From Gemmatimonadales bacterium (GTDB lineage: Bacteria; Gemmatimonadota; Gemmatimonadetes; Gemmatimonadales; GWC2-71-9), in assembly GCA_041613315.1 (NCBI GenBank), contig JBFJHJ010000018.1, positions 1 through 60,944 on the forward strand: a DNA stretch of 60,944 bases. Direction: 5' to 3'. The notes below the pieces were generated by a model, which saw only the letters and a list, made by a program, of their open reading frames with translations, had not been told where the DNA came from and ran no database searches. Numbering within the stretch: position 1 is the stretch's first letter; the number at the start of each line of letters is the position of its first letter. Below are positions 21,443 through 31,829 of this stretch, piece after piece. Made by a program: the position numbers and the translations under genes.

Positions 21443-21524
21443 GTAGCATAAGCTCCCGACCGGGGGTAGATTAACCTACGGCTAAACCCCTGGCAACCTG
21501 GCAGGTACGCATTCAGGGTGGACG

Positions 21525-21773
21525 ATGCGTTGGGTGACCGACGAAGCGGGCCGCCGATGGTCCGCTGAACGCGTCGGGCGGACCTCGGGGCTCATTCCCG
21601 CCACGAAACAACAGGATTCGTTCCCCGAGCCGGCTGACATCATCCGCTTCCACTGCGAGTCCGACCGGGCCGAGTACGCCCGGGAGGTCGCCACGCGTGC
21701 GGGGCTCCTGGAGCAGCTCACCGAGAGCGAGCTCAAGGCCCTGCTCAATATCGCGCCCCGCGCACCCAAGTAA
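21525..21773 (+). CDS. hypothetical protein
   Basis: 82-aa ORF (MRWVTDEAGRRW...LTESELKALL..AP) with a GGTGG RBS-like sequence. Confidence 0.7.
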   Translation: MRWVTDEAGRRWSAERVGRTSGLIPATKQQDSFPEPADIIRFHCESDRAEYAREVATRAGLLEQLTESELKALLNIAPRAPK

Positions 21774-21892
21774 GCAGCCCCCAGTTCGACTCCCGCACCG
21801 GCCAGGATGACAGGCCGGGCAACCCCGACGACCAATTCGGCAGGAGCCTGACCCGTTCCGGCGCGGTTGCGCTGTCAGAACAGGTATACGGA

Positions 21893-21907
21893 TGGCACGC
21901 TCCCTGC
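21893..21907 (+). promoter_or_regulatory. putative sigma-54 (-24/-12) promoter of lon
   Basis: TGGCACGCTCCCTGC versus consensus TGGCACG-N4-TTGC (one mismatch), 42 bp before the lon ATG. Confidence 0.55.
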
Positions 21908-21949
21908 GTTTCAAAAAGGGCAGGTACTCCGTCCGAAGGAAAGGTGGAC

Positions 21950-24403
<2,454 letters not shown>

Positions 24404-24413
24404 CTGCGGAGGG

Positions 24414-24989
24414 CTACCAGCTCAACGACCGCAGCAACAGATCGCAGACGCCGTCCAGCCAGCGATCGCGGCCCCGGGGGTCCTCTGCCGGCTCGACGGC
24501 ATGTCGCATGGCGAGATACCCCACGAGCAGCACCACGGCCTGCTGTGCCGCGAGCTGCGGGTCGGCGTCGTCCCGGAAGTAGCCCAGCCCCTGCCCGTCC
24601 GAGATCGTGGCAGCGAGTTCGGCGACCAGCGTGCGGACGGGGTCTCTGGCCGAGCCGTTCCCGTCGGGCGAAGCCACCACGAGCCGGGTCAGATCGGGCC
24701 GGCGTTCGAGGGCCTCGAACACCGTGACGAGTTGCGTCCGGAGGCGCCCGCCGGCGTGGGCGGTGTCCGCACCGGCCGTGACGGCGCGCTCGACCTGGGT
24801 GCCGGCCTCCGCCACTACCGCGTCGAACAACCCCGCCTTGGACCCGAAGTAGTAGAACAACAGCTGCTTGTTGACGCCGGCCCGGTGGGCGATCCGGTCG
24901 GTTCGGGCTCCGGCGAATCCAAACTCACCGAATTCCCGCCGTGCCGCCTCCACCAGCAACCGCTTGCTGTCGCGCTTCCGGGAGGGCAT
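24414..24989 (-). CDS. TetR/AcrR family transcriptional regulator
   Basis: AARREFGEFGFAGARTDRIAHRAGVNKQLLFYYFGSK HTH. Confidence 0.9.
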   Translation of the reverse strand: MPSRKRDSKRLLVEAARREFGEFGFAGARTDRIAHRAGVNKQLLFYYFGSKAGLFDAVVAEAGTQVERAVTAGADTAHAGGRLRTQLVTVFEALERRPDLTRLVVASPDGNGSARDPVRTLVAELAATISDGQGLGYFRDDADPQLAAQQAVVLLVGYLAMRHAVEPAEDPRGRDRWLDGVCDLLLRSLSW

Positions 24990-25001
24990 GTCTCTCGTTA
25001 T

Positions 25002-25015
25002 CAACCAAACGGTTG
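25002..25015. promoter_or_regulatory. palindrome upstream of tetR, putative operator
   Basis: CAACC-AAAC-GGTTG, 12 bp before the ATG. Confidence 0.45.
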
Positions 25016-25052
25016 GCGTGCCGGCGCAACTTCATGCGCCACGGCGAATTCG

Positions 25053-25754
25053 TCAAGAGCCCGGCGGCTCCGTGAGGGCGGCAATAGCCGCTCGGATCGT
25101 GCCGAGGAGGGCCGGATGCGAGCACCAGAAGCCCGAGAATTCGGTGTCGACGCGGGCCACCAGGCCGGCGTCGGGTGTCAGGACGAGCGCCGTCGGGTGC
25201 CCGAAATGCTCGCGGATACTGGATTCTTCAACAACGCCGGCGAGCGGGACGGGAAGATCGGCGGGCTCGGGGCCCACGCTCCAGAGTGCGGTCGGCGAAC
25301 CGTCGGCGGCGCGTTTGCGCCAGACCGGGAGCGAGGCGGAGAGCACACCCGTGGGTGCGACGGCCGTGACCGGCCCCGGCGTGAGCGCGGCCGTCCGGAG
25401 CGTCAGATCGCGAAAGGCGCGCTCCCCCTCGAATGCGACTGTGGCCGGCGCCCCGGCCGGCCCCGCAGCCGCCACCGCCGCTTGTAGGGCGTCCAGCTCC
25501 TCCGCCCGCCGTCGCGTGACCAGCGCCAGGAGCGCCGGAGGGCTCACGGCCCGGTACTGCTGAGGCGGGCCTTCGCTCACGGTGGCCGCCCGTTTGGCGA
25601 CGAGGCCGTTCAGTGCCTGATACGCGTTGGCCCGCGCGATGGCCAGGTGCTTGGCTACGGCGTATCCGGAGGAGGGGCCGCCAGTGAGGAGCGCTCCGTA
25701 GGCGAGGCTCTCGGTGGGCGTGAAACCGAACGGAGTGAGATCGAGTTGTCGCAT
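25053..25754 (-). CDS. TrmB-family HTH transcriptional regulator
   Basis: LTPFGFTPTESLAYGALL..GPSSGYAVAK..IARANAYQAL..LV wHTH pattern. Confidence 0.8.
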   Translation of the reverse strand: MRQLDLTPFGFTPTESLAYGALLTGGPSSGYAVAKHLAIARANAYQALNGLVAKRAATVSEGPPQQYRAVSPPALLALVTRRRAEELDALQAAVAAAGPAGAPATVAFEGERAFRDLTLRTAALTPGPVTAVAPTGVLSASLPVWRKRAADGSPTALWSVGPEPADLPVPLAGVVEESSIREHFGHPTALVLTPDAGLVARVDTEFSGFWCSHPALLGTIRAAIAALTEPPGS

Positions 25755-25782
25755 AGTAGTAGCTGAGGAAACTACTATGCGA
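25749..25782. promoter_or_regulatory. perfect 12-bp inverted repeat over the TrmB start codon
   Basis: TCGCATAGTAGT-N10-ACTACTATGCGA. Confidence 0.7.
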
Positions 25783-25826
25783 AATCGTGGCGATTGTCAA
25801 TCTGGCTCTGGCCGCTTTGGGATGGC

Positions 25827-26936
25827 TTACACGTATTCGAGATTCCAGCCAGCGAGTTTCGCGATCAGCGCGATGCGGAAGGTCACGTCGGTCTTGCGGC
25901 GCTCGACCGTACGCGTGTCCACCTCCAGCGGGAATGCAAAATCGGCGAGCTTGGACGGACTCTTGGGGATCGCCCGGAGATTGCGGGGGCTCCAGACCCC
26001 ATGCTCGTCGCTGTCTTTGAGGAGGCGAGCCAGGATCCGAAGCGCGGTCGGCGAGCTCTGCAAGAGCCCCATCCGCACCAGGAGCTCTATCCAGTGCAGG
26101 GCGAACGGCAGATCCTTCGCGTTGCCGCTGGCGTCGGTCTGAAGCGGGTCGCCCAGCAGGTGGAAGGTGGGCTTGATGACCTTGCGGCCGACGACGATGG
26201 CGTAGCTGCGCTTGGTCGCCGGCTGCGAGAGAAACGCGCCCAGCCGATCGAGGAACCCGGCCCGCTCGCGCTGGAGGTTGGGCATGTACGCGATCATGGC
26301 GACGGAGAACACCGTCGGCGGATGCGCGTCCGGATGGAGGATACTCCGGGACCCCTTCCGAATGATCGGCTTCTCGGACAGTTCGCTCCGCAGGAATTGC
26401 GAGACATTGGTGGCGACGCGATGGGCCGCTCCCCGCACCCTTGGGTCCTCGATCTGGCCCACATGGGCCAGCGCAGCGGCTCCCGCCTCGCGCATCAACT
26501 CTCGAGCCCAGGGTGCGAGTGCCGCGTTGGCCTTGGCCGCTTTCTGGTACTCGAACAGGAGCGCCGGGTCGTCGTCGCGAGAGAGGAGGCGATGGAACAT
26601 GCGATCGGCCAGGCGGTACGCTCGCTCGTCCGCGGGCACGCCAAGTTCCACGAGGTGCCGGTATTGCGACACGGTCCCGACGTCCTTGATCCCCTGCGCC
26701 TTCGCCGGCGCCAGGCCGAGGATGTTCCCACCCCAGAGCCCGGTCGTGTCCTTCTGCTTCCGGATGGTCTGGACGACCCCCTTGTAGGCCAGGGTTTCCT
26801 GCCGCAGGGTCTCGAGATCCCGCGGCGTTGCGGCGCCCCTCGGCAGAAGTTCGGTGACGGTTCGCCAACGGATGGGCGCGCACGCGTGCTGGCGAATCCA
26901 CTCGATGGGCACGCGGTGACTGGTAGGCAGTTCCAG
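25827..26936 (-). CDS. conserved hypothetical protein (helical; possible CTG start)
   Basis: 361-aa ORF from GTG 26912 with typical codon use. An in-frame CTG at 26936 sits 8 nt after AAGGAG. Confidence 0.8.
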   Translation of the reverse strand: MELPTSHRVPIEWIRQHACAPIRWRTVTELLPRGAATPRDLETLRQETLAYKGVVQTIRKQKDTTGLWGGNILGLAPAKAQGIKDVGTVSQYRHLVELGVPADERAYRLADRMFHRLLSRDDDPALLFEYQKAAKANAALAPWARELMREAGAAALAHVGQIEDPRVRGAAHRVATNVSQFLRSELSEKPIIRKGSRSILHPDAHPPTVFSVAMIAYMPNLQRERAGFLDRLGAFLSQPATKRSYAIVVGRKVIKPTFHLLGDPLQTDASGNAKDLPFALHWIELLVRMGLLQSSPTALRILARLLKDSDEHGVWSPRNLRAIPKSPSKLADFAFPLEVDTRTVERRKTDVTFRIALIAKLAGWNLEYV

Positions 26937-27030
26937 GGGGCCGACTCCTTGATTGACGCCGCGGGGTGGGAAAATCGGGGCGGAACTTACTTCGATTCCG
27001 CGCCTCCGGCCAGTACCGGCGCGCGGTTTC

Positions 27031-27969
27031 TCAGCGTCGGCGGGGGCCTGGGGGTGCGTCTCGGGGGCAGCGGACTCTCGAGATCGTGCCGCGCCGCCCC
27101 TCGGAGGCCTCGCTCGTCAGGACGAGGGTGTCTTCGTCGAGGAAGTCCACGGCCTCGCCTTGGGGCTCGCGTGGCCCGAGCCAGCAGCGCGGCCCGTCGG
27201 GCGTGAGACGCCCGCGGCGGCCCACCCGGTAGAACGCGAGCTCGGTATAGGTGCGCACCACAAGCCGTCTACCGCTCGGCGAGACCGCGGCACCCGTCAC
27301 CATGCGCCCGATGGCCATCTGTGGAACGATGTCGAGAGTGTCGGTGAGGCGGGCCGTCGCTGAATCACGCGCCAGCGCCTCCCGCGAGATCCGGTACACG
27401 TACACCGGGCTCGAACGCCCCTTGGTAACCAGGAGGAGCTCCCCGTTCGGCCGGATGGCAAGCGCCTCTACGTCCTGGGGACCACCCGGCAGGGTGACGA
27501 TGAGCGGCCTGGCCGGCAGCTGGACGGGGCTGCGGTCCCGGGGCGGTGGGTCGGGCTCAGGGAGGACATAGATCGCGACGGTTACCCGGCGCTCGCGATT
27601 GTCGCCAGTGTCGCCGATATAGAGGCAGGCACCCTTCAGGTCGGGGCAGGGGCCGGCGGCGAGGTCCTCCCAATCCCGCAGGGGGACCCCGCGGACGCGA
27701 TACGTGCCGAGGTGGGCGCCGCTCAGGTCGGTGGCGAACAGGAACGGCTCGTTCGCGGAGTCGTTGTGGGTCCAGAGGAGCCCCGGATGGCGGCGGCTCA
27801 CGGCCACGCCGGAGCTCTCGCGGAGGTCGGGAGCGGCGAAGCGTCCCGTGGTCTCGAAGAGCGTGGGTGGGACTGCCTGGGCAGGGAGCCCGGGCGCTGC
27901 CGGCCCCAGCAGGACGGACAATATGGCGAGCGCAGCCGTGAGGGGCGCCCGGCGCGGGTGGCGTATCAT
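27031..27969 (-). CDS. secreted beta-propeller-like protein
   Basis: Signal peptide; ESSGVAVS, WTHNDS, DWEDLA, LYIGDTGDN, DVEALA, QGEAV, TSE. Confidence 0.75.
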   Translation of the reverse strand: MIRHPRRAPLTAALAILSVLLGPAAPGLPAQAVPPTLFETTGRFAAPDLRESSGVAVSRRHPGLLWTHNDSANEPFLFATDLSGAHLGTYRVRGVPLRDWEDLAAGPCPDLKGACLYIGDTGDNRERRVTVAIYVLPEPDPPPRDRSPVQLPARPLIVTLPGGPQDVEALAIRPNGELLLVTKGRSSPVYVYRISREALARDSATARLTDTLDIVPQMAIGRMVTGAAVSPSGRRLVVRTYTELAFYRVGRRGRLTPDGPRCWLGPREPQGEAVDFLDEDTLVLTSEASEGRRGTISRVRCPRDAPPGPRRR

Positions 27970-28049
27970 GCTAACCGTTTGTCAGGCTTGACCATATTGT
28001 ACACGGTCGCTTGCCTGCCGAAAGCGGAGCGGCGAACTTTCGTCCGACC

Positions 28050-30092
28050 ATGATCGAGAGCCTGAAGCGGCGGCCCCTCGAGCGGCGCCCGGACAGGGTG
28101 CGGTTCGATGGACGGGTGTTGTTCCTCGTGGACGACCCCGAACTGATCCGGCGGCAGCTGGCCGGGGAGGATCTCGCCTGGCCGTCCGCGGCGTCTCTGC
28201 GCGACAACATCTCCACGGATGAGATCACCCCCGCCTATATCTGCTACTACTATGACGAAACGCTCGGGGAATTCCCGTATCTCGGACTGAAGGCTGGCGA
28301 CGAGTTTCCGATCACGCGGGGAAGCGTCAAGGCCGGCGGTTTCGCGTGTTCCGTTAGCGGCAAGCGCCGGGGAAAAGGATCGTCTCGCGAGCAGTCTCCC
28401 TATGCGGAGCGGTGCGCCGGGGTCCGCCTCGTCATCGCCGAGAACATCGAGCGCATCTATCGGGAGAATTGTCAGAACCTCGGGATCCTGACGAGCACCG
28501 ACTTTTCGCTGATCGATCGACTCCGGCATGGGCAGGACATCCCGCTCCGCGAATTTACGGACGGTGAGGGTGAGATCACGCGGGGCATCATCGAGCACGG
28601 GGGGCTCTTTCAATACAACGTGGCGCGGCTGCAGGGCAAGGTGACGGTGCCGCGAGTGACGACGGGCCGGCGGCCGATGACCCTGGCCGAGAAGGTCCTC
28701 GCGCGACAGTGGGTGACCGATCTCGCGCGGGACCGGGTGGGGGTCCCGTACGTCCAGCCAGGGGACGAAGGATTCGTCCGAACGGACATTCGCTTCAGTC
28801 ACGAGTACGTGACGCCCATGGCGGCGATTTTCTGGCGCGACCTCGTCGGCGCGGACGAGAAGATCGTCGATCCAGCGTCCGTCTTCCTCTTCCGCGATCA
28901 CCTCACGTTTCTCGAGCTCGCCATGACGGAGGAGCGCAAGGCGCAGGGCCTGTTGGACGTGGCCCTCGAGCTCAAGGCGAAACAGGAGGAGTTCGCCGCG
29001 CAGCAGGGAGTCACGCTCTACGGCGAGCTTCCCGGCAAGGGTCACATGGGGATCCCCACCGGCTCCGAAGCGATCTGCCATTCCAAGATCCTCGAGCAGC
29101 ACGCGCTTCCCGGCCATCTCATCATCGGCAGCGACTCGCATACTCCGCACGCTGGGGCCGTCGGCTCTGTGGCGTTCGGCGTGGGGACCACGGCGATTTT
29201 CAACTCCTGGCTCACGAAGGATGTGCGGATCAACGTGCCGCCGTCGGTGCTGATTCGGGTGCGGGGTGCCAAGCCTCCGGGGATCACCGCTAAGGATTTC
29301 ATGCTGCACATCCTGCGGCAGCCGTATGTGCGCGACGGCCACGCGATCGGGAAGATCGTGGAGTACGCGGGCGAAGCCGTCGAGGCGCTGTCGGTGGATG
29401 AACGCGCCACGATGACGAACATGGCGGCGGAGGTGGGGGCGTTCACGGGCATCGTTCGGCCGGACGAGCGGGTCGTGGAGTACCTCGAGCGGGAGCGCGG
29501 CCTGGATCGCGGCGCCGTGCGTGCCATGTTGGACGGTCTCTTCTCGGACGAGGGCGCGTCGTGGGAGCAGGTGATCGAGTTGGATGCGAGTGCGCTCACG
29601 CCGCTGGTCGCGTTGCCAGGCGATCCGGGCAACGGCATGGAGATCGCGGCGTTGGGCGGACGGGTGAGGATCGATATCGCGTACGCCGGGTCGTGTACCG
29701 CAGGCAAGAAATCGGATATGGACATGTATGCTGCGGTGTTCCGGCACGCCCTCGACAAGGGCGAGCGCGTGCACGCCGATGTGTTGTGCTACGTGCAGTC
29801 CGGATCGCAAGCGGTGAAGCGGTATTGTGAGAAGATGGGGTACCTCGACATCTTCGCGCGGGTGGGGGCCGAATTCATCGAGCCGAGCTGCGGGGCGTGC
29901 ATCAACGCCGGGCCCGGCGTCTCCTACGACCGCGACACCGTCACCATCAGCGCCATCAACCGGAACTTTCCGGGCCGTTCGGGTCCTGGCCAACTCTATC
30001 TCGCGAGCCCCTATACGACCGCCGCCAGCGCCATCGCGGGCTACATCACCGCATGGGAGCCCGAGCCCGCAGTCCAACCGGCCGGCGTCTGA
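28050..30092 (+). CDS. aconitase-family [4Fe-4S] dehydratase, fused small (LeuD-like) and large (LeuC-like) subunits
   Basis: N-terminal DNISTDEITP and GKGSSRE; then MTLAEK, DH, GSDSHT, ERATMTNM, GSCT, CGAC, NRNFPGR, LASP. Confidence 0.9.
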   Translation: MIESLKRRPLERRPDRVRFDGRVLFLVDDPELIRRQLAGEDLAWPSAASLRDNISTDEITPAYICYYYDETLGEFPYLGLKAGDEFPITRGSVKAGGFACSVSGKRRGKGSSREQSPYAERCAGVRLVIAENIERIYRENCQNLGILTSTDFSLIDRLRHGQDIPLREFTDGEGEITRGIIEHGGLFQYNVARLQGKVTVPRVTTGRRPMTLAEKVLARQWVTDLARDRVGVPYVQPGDEGFVRTDIRFSHEYVTPMAAIFWRDLVGADEKIVDPASVFLFRDHLTFLELAMTEERKAQGLLDVALELKAKQEEFAAQQGVTLYGELPGKGHMGIPTGSEAICHSKILEQHALPGHLIIGSDSHTPHAGAVGSVAFGVGTTAIFNSWLTKDVRINVPPSVLIRVRGAKPPGITAKDFMLHILRQPYVRDGHAIGKIVEYAGEAVEALSVDERATMTNMAAEVGAFTGIVRPDERVVEYLERERGLDRGAVRAMLDGLFSDEGASWEQVIELDASALTPLVALPGDPGNGMEIAALGGRVRIDIAYAGSCTAGKKSDMDMYAAVFRHALDKGERVHADVLCYVQSGSQAVKRYCEKMGYLDIFARVGAEFIEPSCGACINAGPGVSYDRDTVTISAINRNFPGRSGPGQLYLASPYTTAASAIAGYITAWEPEPAVQPAGV

Positions 30093-30149
30093 GGTGACGT
30101 CCCGACAGCGGCTGCCGGCTATCGGCCTGCAACCTCCCAATCGCGGATG

Positions 30150-31490
30150 TCAGGGCTGGCCCGAGCCCGAGCTCCCATCCACAACGGCCGCCCGGCCCGC
30201 GAGCCCGTCCGTCCGGAAGGCCGCGGCGGGGTAGACCCCGCGGGCGTTCCACAGGATCCAGTCGGTGAGCCCGACGTCCTCCACGGCCTGGATCTGCGCA
30301 CGCACCTCGGCCGCCGAGTACCGCACACCGAAGATCGAGAACGACTGGAGATACGGGCGGATCTGGGCGGGGTTACGGTGACTCCGCGACCGCGCGATCC
30401 CCTCTTCCAGGGCGCGGCGAACCGTGCGGTAGGGCTCCGCATTGGGGTGCGCGATGCCGTATGCGCCGCGACCGTAATGGCTGGGATAGACCATCGGTAG
30501 GACGACGTCGGCCAGTTGCACGAGGTCGTCCCAGTTCTGGCCGATGCCGAGGTCGCCGTCGGCGCTCGTCGTCAGCCCGAAGATGTCGAGCGTGAACGGC
30601 ACGCCCAGGGACTTCACCCGGTCCCGCAGGAGCGCCACGTTGCGGCGGATAGCCCCGCGCCGGCTCTCCTCGGCGCGCTTTGCCGGGAACACCGCCCGGC
30701 TCAACCGATGGGGCGGTTCATCAGGGAACCGCAAGTAGTCGAACTGCACTTCCTCGAACCCCATGAGCACGGCCTCCGCGGCAATCTCGGCCGCGTACAC
30801 CCATACCGAGTCGTGGTATGCGTCAACCCACGCCTCCCCCAGCCCATCGCGCCACAAGCCGCCGTTCACGTCGTGGACCGCCCAGTCGGGTTTGCCACGG
30901 GCGAGCAGGGGGTCGCGCGCCACCACGATCCTCGCAATGGGGTGGATGCCGCGGGCGCGGAGCATCTCGAGCCGTTGGCGGGCGTCCTTGGCCCGGACGA
31001 GCCGGTTCGCGCCGATCTGCTGCGCCGTGGGGACCGCCGATCGGTACGTGAGATAGCCCGTCGCATCCTTCACGTCGATCACCAGCGCGTTGACCTCGGT
31101 CGTATCGGCGAGGCGCACGAGGTCGTAGAACCGGTCCGACCCGAACACCCAGGCGTTGGCGTAGAGCCCGCGCACCACGGCCGGCACCCCGCCGCGGGGC
31201 GGGGGCGGAATGGCGATCACCCGTCCCCGTTCGGGGCGCAGCGACGCGAAGTAGTCGGGCACGGTGGCGTCATGATGCAGCGCCACGCGATACGCATCGT
31301 CCAGCGGCGGCGCGGGAATGCTGACGAGGATGGAGTCCAGCCGTCTGATGGCCGCCGCATAGTCCGGCACGGCGGCATCATGATGGAACGGCGGCCGTGA
31401 AGCACCGGACGACGCCGTTTGGCCCGCCGCAGGGGTAGCGAGGACCGCCGCGAAGACCGCGGTGAGAGAGACGGACCGGCGGGGGCTCAT
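30150..31490 (-). CDS. putative glycoside hydrolase (DUF4015-like), secreted
   Basis: VRGLY, NALVIDVKD, IARIVV..DP, GFEEVQFDYLRFP, GQNW, PMVYPSHY, RPYLQ, WILWNA. Confidence 0.85.
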   Translation of the reverse strand: MSPRRSVSLTAVFAAVLATPAAGQTASSGASRPPFHHDAAVPDYAAAIRRLDSILVSIPAPPLDDAYRVALHHDATVPDYFASLRPERGRVIAIPPPPRGGVPAVVRGLYANAWVFGSDRFYDLVRLADTTEVNALVIDVKDATGYLTYRSAVPTAQQIGANRLVRAKDARQRLEMLRARGIHPIARIVVARDPLLARGKPDWAVHDVNGGLWRDGLGEAWVDAYHDSVWVYAAEIAAEAVLMGFEEVQFDYLRFPDEPPHRLSRAVFPAKRAEESRRGAIRRNVALLRDRVKSLGVPFTLDIFGLTTSADGDLGIGQNWDDLVQLADVVLPMVYPSHYGRGAYGIAHPNAEPYRTVRRALEEGIARSRSHRNPAQIRPYLQSFSIFGVRYSAAEVRAQIQAVEDVGLTDWILWNARGVYPAAAFRTDGLAGRAAVVDGSSGSGQP

Positions 31491-31829
31491 AGGAAGACGG
31501 CGCGAGATCGAGCGATACCGTGGCACGGGGTCGCGGGCCGGCCGGCCGATCGCGGCGCGGGCGCGCCGGCCCCGCCGGTGCTGGCCCGGCGCCGCGCTCG
31601 AGTCGGCTCCATCGGCTGCATGACCACGTGTGCCAAGACCTCCAAGGGACAAGACAGCCCCGTGTGGAGTGCACCACGGGGCTCCCTCAATGTTGCGTCA
31701 CGCCCCTCTCCCGGGGTGTGCCTCGCGTCACAATTGCGCGCGCGGGGCTCGGGGCGTGACGGCGGGTGCGACCGATCCGATCGCGCCCGCCGCCTGGTTA
31801 TACCGCCGAACTGGGCGGGGCGCCAGTCC

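Noticed and set aside
21784..21804. GTTCGACTCCCGCACCGGCCA resembling a tRNA T-loop and CCA end
   Set aside because: The 5' side (CCCAG) cannot pair to form a T-stem, there is no cloverleaf, and no integrase is nearby.
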